A DNA stretch of 62,636 nt, filler included, from Hausera hauseri (Eukaryota): NCBI GenBank assembly GCA_046269625.1. It is 12 parts of 12 records of this genome, joined end to end, with 100 filler letters (N's around TTAATTAATTAA, not from the genome) between each part and the next. Parts side by side here need not be neighbours in the genome. Positions count along the whole stretch, not along the records: positions 1 to 8,484 come from JBJURY010627663.1; positions 8,585 to 14,044 come from JBJURY010249959.1; 10 more parts are not named here. One strand, given 5' to 3'. Both the position numbers and the translations under genes were made by a program. Under the pieces are notes generated by a model. That model saw nothing but the letters and a program-made list of their open reading frames with translations, was not told the DNA's origin and ran no database searches. How positions within the stretch are numbered: position 1 is the stretch's first letter; the number at the start of each line of letters is the position of its first letter. Below, piece by piece: positions 1-12,277 of the stretch.

Positions 1-309
1 GTCATTAATAAACTGTCATTTTCGATTTGAATGGTGACAAGATATCTTCTTGATACATTTTCATAAGTGGCACTTACACAGCAGTATTTATAGAAATTTC
101 AACAAAGTGGGGTAGGAATAGTGAAACCGCGATCAGATCACAAAGCTATTTTTTCTATTGGGTGGGAATAGTTATGATGCATATCAAGTGTAGAGAAAGT
201 GTACAGAAAGTGTACTTGTTAAGTAAACTCATAGCGGAAGAAAAAAGGTAAGTCATAGGAAAATAAAGGGGACAAAAAGGATCGGCACTGCGTATTCGCA
301 ATTTGTCTC

Positions 310-490
310 CAATATAAATACTAACGCAGCCCCCTGAATGTAAATATATTTATTATATACAATTTTAGCATTAATGCAGTGATCCATATCTCCTTTCTCT
401 TTTGCAATATAAATGCTAACGCAGCCCACTGAGTGTAAAATATATTTATTATATACAATTTTAGCATCAATGTAAAGATCTATATCTCCT
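310..490. repeat. ~95-bp imperfect direct duplication in the element 3' UTR
   Basis: caatataaat(a/g)ctaacgcagccc...atatatttattatatacaattttagcat...atatctcct at ~310-393 and ~405-490. Confidence 0.85.
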
Positions 491-607
491 TGTTTTGGTT
501 AAAGTACCCGTGCCTTGTGATAAACAAGTAAACAATCAGTCACAATTTTCTCTTGATAAGAGGAGTTATTACCAGTTTGTAGGATATATCGGTGACCGTG
601 GTTGTGG

Positions 608-1100
608 CTATTCCAGATTATTTTTGAGATTTCCATACTTGCAATCGCGCAGTGTGATCTCGGTATCGGAAAGACCAAGTTCTTTTAGCGCAGACTTATT
701 TGCCGGTGCCCACAATCCTAGCGCTCCGACGATTACAGTGTAAATATGGACTCTCCAACCAGGTAGCGCTGAACGAATATCTGACTGAAGATCTTTGCAG
801 TGCTGCGTGTTGAATGATGCAGCATTCTGGAAGTTTGTGACAGTGTAGTATGGCGTTTTTACATCAATGATGTAGAAGTCCTTGACAACTTCATATGTCA
901 CCTGAATGTATGGTAGGAGATTTCGGTTTGATAGTTCGCATAGTTAATCGAATATGCATTCGATATCAGGTAATTTGAAGAGTGCCCCAGCTATGATCCG
1001 TAACACTGTGTTGTGTCAATTTCGTACCAGGTGCATGTTTGCCGGGCAGTGGCATAGCACGTGTTGCAGCGACTTGTTGTCGTAATCGCATCGTCGGCAG
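608..1100 (-). pseudogene. CCHC zinc knuckle + restriction-like endonuclease domain
   Basis: RRCDYDNKSLQHVLCHC at ~1045-1100; FYIIDVKTPY and TVIVGALGLW in ORF 608-901. Confidence 0.8.
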
Positions 1101-1190
1101 GATTTGTTTTCGTTTTCCGGAGCATCACGAGTAGACAGGCAGTTGGTTCTTGTTCGATGGATAAACCGTCACGCGTATAAGATTAAACGA

Positions 1191-2760
1191 TTAAAAGTAG
1201 CAGTGTTTACCATGGGACAGAGTGCTAGCGCCATATTGCACTCGCCGTGTCGTTTCATTTTTTTCCAGTTGAATAAGTTTGCTCAACGTATCATATCGTG
1301 TAAAGCGTGAGTTATGCTTTGCTTCTTCTCCCGGCTGATGAACACTTTCTTGTAGGTAATGTTTGATGGCTCTGGCGTATGTCTGATCTTGATGTTGATT
1401 TCGGGTATTTGTGTGAATGTTATACGGATTTGACACGTCGAGGTTAGGTGACCAATTGCGTATCGGACTGTCTGCAACCTGTATGAGTTGGGATTGCGTT
1501 GAGTGCCAGCGTTGAGCCAATCAAGAGCGGAAGATAAATTTGAGGGACTATTAGAGTAGTTTGCAGCGGTTTTGATTAATTCATTTTCAATAATATGTAC
1601 CAAGGCTGTATGTTCAGCAACCAGCATTTTGAATGCTTGCACTGTGGATTGAATGCAGTATTCTTCGGTAATTGGTAAGAGGCCAACACCGCCCATAGAT
1701 TTGAACTTGCGAATCACTCCTTGAAGATGCCTGATTTTAGAGGGGTTGCTTGGGTCTGGCAAAATGTAGCGATTGAGAAATCCTATTGGAAACTCGACGT
1801 TACGAAATATAAACGTTAGCCTTGAAAAAATGAAGTTATGATTGGCATCGAGTTTCTGCCATGGTAATAAGTTGCTGTTCTGAATTTTAGAGAGATCAAG
1901 AATGCATTTCTGCATTTATTCGACTGGTGGAGTCTTACCTCATTTTGAAAAGTTCACTCCAAGGTATTTATAGGATAATCATTTTTCGATAATCGGGATA
2001 GGCTGATCGTGGATTATGAGATTCTGAGTATGCGTGTGATTGTGGCTACGATAACCACACTTCTTTGGATTAAAAGTGATGTTGATTCTCTAAGCAAACC
2101 TCTCCGCACATTGGATCATTTGTTGGTGTAAACTGTATCCAAAGCTTAGCTCTTTCGATAACTCTATCAGAAGCGGGTTGATTCCAATGCTGAATAATAG
2201 CATTGAAAGCGGACAGCCTTGACGAACACCAGTGCAAATTGGCAGATATCCCTTTTTGATTGATCCGAAGATGTATGCGCATTTGCTATTGGAGTATAGA
2301 GCTTCTATTAAAGATAGTGATTTTTCTTGCAGCCAATTTTGCGAAGGTTGACGCTTATCAGTTCAAGGGGCACTGTTGGAAATGCTTCGCAAATATCCAA
2401 GAATATCGCATGAATTGGGAGGATCTGGTTGCAACTTTGATAGTCAAGAATTGATTTCAGAGTAAAATTGTGCTCGGAGTATCCTTCGTATGGACCCATG
2501 TTTTTTTTGAAATGGGTGAAGAAGTCCCTCTGCTTTAAACCAATATTGTAACTGGTGTGCTAAGCAGCTTGTCAGGATTTTGTATATTGACGAGAGTAGA
2601 GCGATGGGTCTCCAAGAGTCGATGTTGTTATAAGAGCCATCTTTATCTTTTTTTTGGAATTAGCAAGGTCTTGAAACGTGTTCATTGTGTTGGAGCCGTA
2701 CAATTTTCAACCACTTTGTTGAAGACGTATTCCATAAGTTTTGCTTCACGATCAGCACAC
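1191..2760 (-). pseudogene. Reverse transcriptase and thumb region of RLE non-LTR element (fragmented)
   Basis: GPYEGYSEHNF...AIFLDICEAFPTVP (2308-2499); SNLLPWQKLDA...GGVGL (1283-1915). Confidence 0.8.
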
Positions 2761-3256
2761 AAAACGTCTTGATGAAAGATTGTGTCTTCTTCCGCCGCGG
2801 AATGTTTTAATCTCTTTAAGAATGTCATGATTTTGTCGGTCGATGGACTATGAAACTGGAATTCTGACCCCTAAATTGTTGGAAAGCTTCCCGTCCAATT
2901 AACAGCTTTTGGTGGGTTGCCTTTCTTTATGAAATGTGCGATAATTGTTTCTTCGCTGGGGAACTCCGTAATTGTGGATGCATTTAGTATTTTTTCGATT
3001 GTTCCTTTTTGTCTCTTAAATAGGATTTTCGAATGTTTTTACAATTTAGATCCCGTTCTGGTAGCTATGGATCGTGTCTGATATTTTGAGGCAGTGATTT
3101 ATCAGAGCGCAACTGAAGAATGTGATCATAAATTTTATCTGCTGTCATTTGTGTGTTAGCTAACCATAGTGATCGAAGTAGGTCACTTGCCGCTTGTTTT
3201 CGGAAGCATATAGAGTGTTTTTTAATTTCTGAGTTTTGAGTTTCCGGCTGTCGAAG

Positions 3257-3691
3257 TTAATGATTATGAATTTTCTTCAACTTATATCTGAGGCTTCTGA
3301 TGTCCCACTGTCGATTTGGAGCCTTTTGAATGATGTTTAGAATTTCAGCACAGATAATCGGTCCACAGTCGAGACATGTTTCTTCCTTTTGGATTATATG
3401 GGTATTTTCTGAGAATTTAAGTTTTGATGATCGTAGAAAGCTGTTGAACAATTCAGTTAAAATATGTCCATATATATTTGCTTTTGAGGAATTGTCTGAA
3501 TTTGCTGGATCGATTATGCTGCAAGTGCCGCCTGGTACCGATCCAATGAAGGCCTTTCGATGTCCAGTAGCAGTTGTAATTAAGCAGAAGAGATATTCAA
3601 TATATATGAAATCTGAAAATGAAATTGAGCGTTTGATGAAGTCCTCATCTTTCGCTAGTAATGCCGCTGTCGCTTGAACATCAAAGAGCAT
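3257..3691 (-). pseudogene. Second Ulp1/C48-like cysteine protease domain
   Basis: GHRKAFI...IIDP...IIQKEETCLDCGPIICAEIL follows the His-Asp-Gln-Cys order of the C48 family. Confidence 0.6.
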
Positions 3692-3775
3692 TGATGTAGG
3701 GGGTATGTATCTATTAAGTAAGGTCTTGATAGTAATATCTAGAGAATCACTAGATGCGGCTTTAAATTTGGATAG

Positions 3776-4948
3776 TCATGCGAGTTTGTGTTTGGAGGAG
3801 CTTTGAGTCAGCTTGTGGTGTTGATTGTTGTTGCTGCTGAGATTCTTGTAAGGAAAAATTTCTTGACAGCCAAAACAGTGTATGTTTGACTCAGGAGTGA
3901 GCTCCTCATGGTGACATTTAGACCAGTGACGTTCTATATTGTCTGTTGAAATTCGTGCACATTGAAATTGTTCGATGCATCGGAGAAAGCAGCATATAAG
4001 CTTTTGGCATTTGGATTTCGGTAGAAGTTCAAAGTTCCAGTCTTTTAGAAGTTGCTGCTTTGCCGTGTCGAATTTCATGCAATCCTTTGTGTGTGAGAAT
4101 GTTTCGTGCACTTTGAAGAAGCGTTTGCACTTGCATAAGATTCTTACTTGAGGATCATTTGCGTCATTGTGATATATCCGGATGTGGTCTATGATCTTTC
4201 CTTTGTTTAGTTGATCTGAAGTAAATTGACAATCCCCTTCCATGCATCGGAACATGTAATTCTTCTCGAGGATGAACGCATAGAATTTGCGCCCTTTATC
4301 TTCGCTGGGCAGCTTGGGGAGTGCTTTTAAAGTTTGCAGCAGTGCAAATTTGTGTCGTACTTGTTCTGGGTCAAACGAATCTAGTGATCTTTCTTCACAT
4401 AGATATTTTATAAAACCGCAAACGTATGGACCACAGTCTGTGTTGTTTGTTTGTTTTGGCAAAGTTTTCGGATATTTTTCGTATGTGAAGGTATTGCAGT
4501 TCAGAATTGTCGATAAAGTTTCGCATAGTGTGACTATGAATTGGTCCAACTCCGTATTACCATTATTCGAGAGAGAGAGAGAGTCAAGTAGTTAAATTTT
4601 CCCTTCGATGCGGTTAATTCTGAGAAGCATCCAATGATCATTTTGTAAGATTGGTGGTAAGATAAAATGCTCTTTCCGTAGTTTGGTGAGAAGATCTTGA
4701 CCGATTACTAGAGATGGATCAGCAGGTGAAGCTATAGCTAACGCAAGAAGCTGTGGGTACCAGACAGTTGTGTTTACTGGGACATCTACTGTTTCTGCGT
4801 AGTCCATGATGTCATCTTCCGAGAAGTAATCTGGATTAGGGTTGTCTTTTTTGGCAGTACCATAGTGTTTTTCAATATAGGAAGTGGGTGGGATAATTTG
4901 TAGCTGTTGGTTGAACTCGATGTGAGGCGAGCGATCAACTGATGGCAA
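3776..4948 (-). pseudogene. Ulp1/C48 cysteine protease followed by C2H2-like zinc fingers
   Basis: ILPPILQNDHWMLLRIN (4592-4948), PKQTNNTDCGPYVCGFIKYL, FRCMEGDC...IIDHIRIYH and CCFLRC...IERHWSKCHH (3776-4549). Confidence 0.8.
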
Positions 4949-5714
4949 TGATGGATTACAGTTGCTTGCGTTTTTTCCTTTCTCTGGAGGGTGTTAGTAA
5001 GTTCTTCATTCTGTTTTTGCTTGATAGGTGTTGCGTTCTTTACTGAGGGAGAAACTGTGTCGTAGCTAAAACATACTGTGGCAAATTCTTGGTAGTGAAC
5101 ATGCAGATCACCATCCAGATCTACCACCGTATTTTGTGAACAGCTTTCTGCGAGTGGTTTGCTTAAGCGTTGCTTTGCGTTTACTGTGATAGCAGAAGGT
5201 GGACACTTTGGTTTTGAGATGTTATTTTTGTACTTCTTGCTCTCCGTATTAGAGACTTCAGTAGAAATGTTGTTATTGCGTGTTAGTGAAGCTTTGGATT
5301 TTCGATTACATGTTACGATCGACGATAATAATTCGCTTGATGAAGTTTTTATTTCATTTGGTGAAGTTTTTTGTATTCTTTTGGGTCGCTTTCTGGTGGG
5401 GTCTGTAGCCATTTTTTGTACTGTGTAATTTGTATTAATAAATTCAGAGAATGAGTTTAATGCAGAGTCACTCTGTGCTGTGTTTGTCTGATCTGCTTGT
5501 TTTCGTGATGAATCCAATTGATAAAAACTATTTGATTTTCAGCATTATCAGAACACTTGGAACACTTCTCTGCCACCTGAATATTATTTGCTAGGAAGTG
5601 TAGTGCTCGATATCTCAACTTGTGTAGATATTGTCTTTCTTTAGGAATTGACACTGAGTTCTTCAATATATTAGGGACATATTGCATTATTCCTGCTTTA
5701 ATTGATGTATGTGT

Positions 5715-6497
5715 TCAAGCGCCATCGTAAAGCAGGATATAATTGAGAATAGATACAACAGTTTTTATTTTTTTGAGCTGTGACACCATTTCTTTTCGAT
5801 TAGCTTCTGCCGTTTCAGAGGACTTGAAATTGGCTTCTATATTGTCCTGTGACACCAACATGTTGCTTTTTGGTATACAGTTAGTTGTGTTGGCGTTGTG
5901 AATTAGGCCTTTCTGATTGTCTTTTGAAAAGTCGTTATAGTGTTTGCCTTTTTTGAGGTTCAACATGTCATTTTTGCCGGTGAATTTTCTGTCTGCTAAC
6001 CTTTTGTGAATTGCATCTGCGCAGCCCGGATGTTCAACGAACTCTGAGATCAAATTGGACAACTTTGAGAAGTTTCGTGTCTCGAATAGTTTTATACAAT
6101 TTAGCAGAAAATCCAGCAAGACAAATGGACTAATAACCTTCCGAGGTAATTTGTACATTGATGATTTGGGATTCAGTATTTTTTGTCTAATGATATTGGT
6201 GCATCGGAACAAATGACTGCGCATTTTGTATTCTTTGTACCAAGTAAATGGACGTAACCAAAATGCGAATCGATCATGTAGTGCATTTTGTAGATCAGCA
6301 CATATGACATTTAGACATTTGAACTTTTCGAGAAGCATTTGTTGTTGGTTGTACTTATCGTCTAAAGAAAAGCTGATTTCAGTGCTCCTGTATGACTCTT
6401 TCAGCGGAAGATTGCTTTGAAAGTTGCCGAAGAGAGTTCGATGCAGTGTTTGCCATTGGCAACATAGAACACCGATGATTTGTTTGATATTGTACAC
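5715..6497 (-). CDS. Unknown ORF at the 5' end of the non-LTR element (N-terminal/ORF1-like region)
   Basis: 260-aa ORF co-oriented with the element; no recognised motif. Confidence 0.35.
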   Translation of the reverse strand: MYNIKQIIGVLCCQWQTLHRTLFGNFQSNLPLKESYRSTEISFSLDDKYNQQQMLLEKFKCLNVICADLQNALHDRFAFWLRPFTWYKEYKMRSHLFRCTNIIRQKILNPKSSMYKLPRKVISPFVLLDFLLNCIKLFETRNFSKLSNLISEFVEHPGCADAIHKRLADRKFTGKNDMLNLKKGKHYNDFSKDNQKGLIHNANTTNCIPKSNMLVSQDNIEANFKSSETAEANRKEMVSQLKKIKTVVSILNYILLYDGA

Positions 6498-7666
6498 TGT
6501 TTCTTTGTTTATCGAATATTTTGAGATGAGGCTGAATTGGTGGTGATTGCCATGATCTGAGATTTGTTTGGGGTGTTTGATAAGCGGCTATTTTGATATC
6601 GAACGTCATTTGTAATCAAATCACATTTGTCATTTATTATCGATATTGTTAGATTCTTTTTGAGATTACACAATTTTACTCGACGTGAATTACGTAATTG
6701 TGTGTGTGCTTCTCGTTGATTGTACGCTGATTAAGTCATTTGCAGATTCGGATTAAGATAATGCATAAGTTATTCAGTAAACTGTTTACACGGATAAATG
6801 AGATAAATAAATAAATTGTATGTTTCTTTAATTAAAAAGAATTATCGATCACAAAAATTGCTCAATTTAAAGTCAAAAATACTGTATATAGTTTTCACAC
6901 AAAATAACTTACCTTCTTGCTTGATATAGTAACTTCCTTTTCGAATTAGTATTTTCTCTTGTTCCGAATTGTTCGTGATTGATTCTTGATGGGAAAAGTG
7001 GATGTTTCGTAGTTTTATCCAAATTTCTGTTGCCAATTTTTGAGTTTTCGATGCAGAATGTTCGAATTTTTCTTACACTGGGTGATTCTTGTCCGAAAAT
7101 TATCACAATAGAGAATTGAACAAAATACCAAAATTGGTAGTTTTAGAAATTCTATGATTTTGCAGCAGCAGAAAAATAATTTTCTTTTTGACGATTGAAA
7201 CGCGACTTTGGAATTGAGTTTGAGTTTGACGATTGATAGATCAAAATAATCGTGGTTGGCCGACGGACTGGATTTTCTTAGAAAATTATGAAATATCAAT
7301 TCTTGATTGCAAATATTCGAATACTGAATTGAATCTCGACCTACAAAATGTTCGCAATCTGACAACTAATAGAATTTTCACAAAAAATTCCAGGCAAATT
7401 GATGTGAATTCCAGAAACTTGAGAAGATTTCGGAAATTTGTAAACTGATTTTATTTTGAAGATTTCGAAATTATGATATCGACAGCTTGTTTAAATATTC
7501 TTAGAAAAATTGACTAACTGAATTTTCAAAAATCTTCCAGGAAATCGATGAGAGTTTCTGTAAATTGAGAATCATTGATGTGGTGCAGCTCATTATCAGG
7601 TCAGTAACCAGATCAATTAGTTTCATTCTTATCGTATATTTCTGGCTGCACACAGATTGGGACATC

Positions 7667-7827
7667 ATGGCCACGACTGCAGATGGCTGCGTTCAGTTCA
7701 CGCGGCACGCAGGCGACGTCCTGCTCAACTTCAACCGGCTCCGCAGCCGAAACCTCCTGACTGACGTCACCATTCAGGTGGACGGACAGCTTTTCTGCGC
7801 TCACAAGACGGTCCTGGTGGCTTGCAG
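7667..7827 (+). CDS. bcl6: BCL6-family BTB/POZ transcription repressor, first coding exon (teleost-like)
   Basis: [53 protein letters not shown] matches the BCL6 N-terminus; GT donor at 7828. Confidence 0.92.
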
Positions 7828-7909
7828 GTACATCAGACTGTTACTGTGACTCTGCTGCTCTGTTTTCATTGTTTTACTAACAACCTTTTTGGTTTCTGAC
7901 TCTCCACAG

Positions 7910-8131
7910 TGGCTACTTCTATTCTATGTTCATGCGACCTGAGAACAGCAACCTTCGTACCATTAACTTGGACCACCAAGTGGACCTACAAGGTTTCTCC
8001 CTCCTGCTGGACTTTATGTACACCTCCTGCCTGAACCTTAACGACAGTCTGGTTTTGACCACCCTGAACGCGGCTGCCTTCCTGCAGATGGAGCACGTAG
8101 CAGACACCTGCCACAGGTTCATCAAGTCCAG
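7910..8131 (+). CDS. bcl6: BCL6-family, second coding exon (rest of BTB domain)
   Basis: ctccacag acceptor; (S)GYFYSMF...LLDFMYTSCLNL...LQMEHVADTCHRFIKS; gtaaag donor. Confidence 0.92.
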
Positions 8132-8273
8132 GTAAAGAAAATCAAAGAAAGTCAAACACCCAGTTCAGTTTTCTTATACAGCACCAACGTGTATTAAAAC
8201 ATTCATGCACATGTTAAAATGACAAATGTGTTTGTGAAAATGGAAAGGGATCTGACCGAGTTTGCCTCTGCAG

Positions 8274-8484
8274 GCAGCAGTGTCTGAATGTGCAGATGGA
8301 GGAGCTGCAGAACAACTCGTCATATCTGCCTGAAGAAATCTTCAAAAAGTCTGTAGAGGAAAAAGAGCCAGACCTCAGAAGCAACCACTTCTCCAGATCT
8401 TCTGCTCTGCAGGAGCGTGCAGGTTACATCCCCAATGTTTTCAGGGGCATCAACACCACTGGCTCCTACCATGTCTATGGAGAC
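8274..8484 (+). CDS. bcl6: BCL6-family, third coding exon (truncated by contig end)
   Basis: ctctgcag acceptor keeps phase and frame: QQCLNVQMEELQ... Confidence 0.7.
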
Positions 8485-8584
8485 NNNNNNNNNNNNNNNN
8501 NNNNNNNNNNNNNNNNNNNNNNNNNNNNTTAATTAATTAANNNNNNNNNNNNNNNNNNNNNNNNNNNNNNNNNNNNNNNNNNNN
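8485..8584. other. Artificial contig-joining spacer N44-TTAATTAATTAA-N44 (also at 14045, 19469, 24755, 29631, 33920, 38494, 43425, 49601, 53876, 57971)
   Basis: Identical 100-nt spacer with six-frame stops occurs 11 times; composition and content change across each one. Confidence 0.98.
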
Positions 8585-8666
8585 AGAGTTTACCGAACCA
8601 CCATCGAACCAACCTTTAGATAATTCCATTCAAAATAAAATGTTTACAAATAATTGTAGCATTTTT

Positions 8667-8686
8667 TGGTGCCGTGACCCGGGATT
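8667..8686 (+). promoter_or_regulatory. Primer-binding site complementary to tRNA-His 3' end
   Basis: TGGTGCCGTGACCCGGGATT vs reverse complement of tRNA-His end TGGTGCCGTGACTCGGATT; 5 nt after a CA. Confidence 0.75.
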
Positions 8687-9984
8687 CTACGATCGAAGCA
8701 ATACTATTTTTAAGATAGCAAAAAGCTAGACCAAACAACATTGTATTTTATAAGTCTTTTGAACCCAGAGAAAAGAAAAAATTTTAATAAAAATATTATA
8801 TAAATTTGATAATAGATTTTTCCGTTGTGTTAAAAATATAAAATAAAAATAAAATAAAATAATAATAATTTTTATATCTATACGGTAGAAATTAGTAAAA
8901 ATTTGTACGATTGTGTAATATTAAGTGATTCGAATGTGAAATTAGTTAATGAAGATTTCAATTACATCGTACCAGAGTTTGAATATTCGAGGATGTTTTT
9001 TAGTTAATACAGTGTGATTCAGTTAGATATAATTAAATGTTAAATATTATTCTGTCATTGTAATTTAGTTAATATAATCTATATATATAAGCAAATCTAA
9101 TAACTAACAATTTAGACAGGATCATTGGTTAATATCTACACAGACTAGTGTCAAACAAAAATAGACATTTTATCTGTAAAATTACCGCAGGAATATTATC
9201 CCAACAAATGTTTTCTGTAATTTTAAAAAACACACATTCATATCAGAACTGTAGAATAATCCGAGAAAATCTTCTAACTCGGCGGAGCACACCAAAGTTG
9301 TCACTTAGATGGAATTAGACATCGAGTAACAGACACACCCAAACTTCATCAAAATTCATTAGTAAGTAGAACGCTTCTCAGTAATCTAAATACAAAGTAA
9401 CTTACGTAAATTTGTAAATTTCTAACAAAAAGAAAATGTTAAGAGTTAATTGAACAATACTTTATGCAACCACAGACAAGTGGAAAAAAGGCTTTCTTTA
9501 CACAACCAACATACACAACAAATACCACTACAATGAAATATGGGTGTTGAATAATTTTCTGAAATAATTTCTTAATAAAACAGTAGTTTCTTTATATATT
9601 TACCCTTAGCATACAAGTATTTCGTTTGTTTTTATTATAGTGTCACTAAATCCGCCTAATACCGAAAGTAATGTCGAGTATATTGATTAAAATATGTTAG
9701 TGAATCCGTGACATAGTATGTGCAATAAGCAGTGATTCATTTTACAGTAATGTTTATTATATACTAGCACATAAGAAGCCCTATTAAATACGGATCTTTA
9801 TGGTAAAACAGAAGCAAAAGAAATTTCATTATAATACGTTAGCAATACTTGTGTAAACCTCATCAATACAAGTTCCTTTTCCAATAACAATTCGTCTGTA
9901 AATTTTACTTCTCTCGAAAAAGGTAGACAATTTACTAATGTAAATAAAAGTTCAATCACATGGGCAAAAGAATCTCCAGGAAGT

Positions 9985-10910
9985 TCTGTTTGCAAATAAA
10001 ATCCGCCACTAACAGCAAGTGATCACTAGGATGAAACTCATTGGGCAAAGCCTGGTTCAGTCGTAATTTATCGGCAATTTGCAGACCGTACGTACGCACA
10101 ATATCCAGTGCGTCAGTCTCGACAGTCTCAACATAACACCAATGTAAAATTAATGAGTTCCACTCTATTCCTGAACGTGCCACCGGTTCAAAAACAACGG
10201 ATCGTTGCCAATGAAAGACTTAATTTCCAAAAAGCTTTCGGTTGTCTGATCATCGACCTACGTGGATGGTAGCGGAATAGAAATGTTTTCAACAAACGTC
10301 ATTTTCGACTTCCGTCAGAAAGCAGCAGTTCCTTCAACAACGAAACCCGGTTTCGATTGAAAAATACATCCGAAGTCGTTGTCTGTCAAAGATGGAAGAT
10401 ATTTGTAATAAAATGACGAATCGACTTTTTGTAACAAAATGGTGAGTTTATCTTGATTATTTCACACAAGAAATTGACGATATACTGGTGATAGAAAACT
10501 CGACGGGCAATGTTTGTACAATTCGGTTTTGACGCATTCCACACCAGTGTACCTTTTTAACAGAATATGGCATGAATAAATTATCATCGATACATATTCC
10601 CACAACTCGGTTGGTAATTTATAAGGTTCGCGGAAGTGCGGCAATTGATTTCGCAGATTTTATCGAGAACTGTTGAATGAAGCAGAAAATTTTCAGCCAA
10701 ATATTCCATTTAGCATGCCAATTTACATGAGCCAATGATGCAGTAAACAGAGAACCCACATGAATTTGCGTCCAAATTTAATAATTGTTATGATTCAGAA
10801 ACCAACCGAGAATGAAGTCTGAGATTGTTCTATTTTCCAGTTCAGTCTGAGAAACAATTGGTGAATCAACCATAATCACTTTTGGCAAACTGCAAGCATT
10901 TATCCATAAC
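9985..10910 (-). pseudogene. PDE12: PDE12-like (2',5'-phosphodiesterase, CCR4/EEP family) decayed copy
   Basis: LPKVIMVDSPIV...WTQI (N-terminal part), ELYKHCPSSFLSPVYRQFL...LLQKVD, VEGTAAF*RKSK, QALPNEFHPSDHLLLVADF parallel PDE12 motifs in order; stops, frameshifts and internal deletion. Confidence 0.75.
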
Positions 10911-12193
10911 AAAGTACTATTTTAAGAAATTAACACAAAAATTAAATGAGAAAACTTACATAAATGATAAATTTTTATACTCATTGCACTTTATATAATA
11001 AACATTTAGTGGCTTCAGAAAATAGTCGCAATAATCTCGATACATAATATTACTCTATATAAAATAAAATTAAAACATTGAAATTAAAATCATTGATTAA
11101 ATATGATTGATGTGCAATTGGAAAATTAAATATTCCATATACTATATAGTATTTTTTGAAAATTCTAGTTACTGTTATCAAACTTGAACTGAAATAATGA
11201 CAGACACCGTTACGTGTTTGTAAATTTAAAATTTCGTTTAATGACGAAAGAAAATCGCACTAGCATGTGAGATGATTGCTCAATAACTCCGTAATCATTC
11301 CATACAATTAGTTAAATTTAAAATTTTATGCGTGATATTTATTTTTACATAATATTTAGTGTTCGGTGCACATTGCGATTATGCAGGATATAATGAAAAT
11401 TATGTAATTTCTTTTCGATACAATTAATTTATCACGTAAAGGTATATAGTTTTATGAATCTTTGAGGATTTCGTCGATTTTTTAATTTTGTTTTTTGTGG
11501 ATGAATTGTCTCAGGTTGTTGATTTGCTGACTTCACTTTTGTCATCATTGATTGGTCGTTCTAATCATATGACTGTTTTGTATTTTGTTTTACTTCTGTT
11601 GATCTAACACGTGCTATGTACTCATTTGTATTACGTAATTGTATTTTATTTTTTGCAAATAGTTTTCTTTTAATGAATAAAGTATGTGAGAACTTCTATG
11701 GTTTCAATTATGTTAAATGTCTAACAAATTCGGTGCACATTATTTTTACTTTGTATTAAATACACGATTATGCAATGTTTAAATAACACGTTTCTCTTAC
11801 ACGTTGAGAAGATTAGTTGTTAGTTGATATTTAAATCGTTCATTTCCTGATTTATTGCAACTTATCATTTCTGTATTGGTTTTGCTTAGTAATTCAGTAT
11901 TTGTTTCAGAGCTTTACAGAATTTTTTACTTTCGGAATATTAAATTTTGAATATTTTTCATTATGCCTTTTTCTATTCACAAACTAGTGTATAAATTTTT
12001 TATTCAAAATTTATTGAATTCATTGTGTTTCTCTGATTAAATTTGAGCCTTTTTAATGTTTGGGTTTTTGCATAAAATGCTTTACTATGTTCTTTACTAT
12101 GAAGTTTCAGTCTATATCGATTTCTTTTAATAATTTATAAGAAATGGATTTCATTATAATTATTGTGCAAAATAGTCGAACATGTCTAGTTGA

Positions 12194-12277
12194 ATATATA
12201 TGTATGTATGTATGTGTATATGTATGTATGTGTATATGTATGTGTATGTATATGTATGTATGTGTATATATATATAT
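12194..12277. repeat. (TATG)n/(TA)n microsatellite
   Basis: Direct observation. Confidence 0.95.

Larger units (their letters stand above)
240..6600 (-). mobile_element. Degenerate RLE-type non-LTR retrotransposon, NeSL-like (Ulp1 protease - ZnF - Ulp1 - RT - CCHC - RLE)
   Basis: Minus-strand fragments in order: HWMLL + QTNNTDCGPY (C48 protease), C2H2-like fingers, second DCGPII, RT (AIFLDICEAFPTVP; LLPWQKLDA...FIFSRLTF), CxxC...HVLCHC, IIDVKTPY...IVGALG (RLE); many frameshifts and stops; boundaries approximate. Confidence 0.85.

Noticed and set aside
8485-8584. Recurrent TTAATTAATTAA motif as a biological repeat
   Set aside because: Always embedded in fixed N runs; artificial linker. ORFs running into X residues are artefacts.
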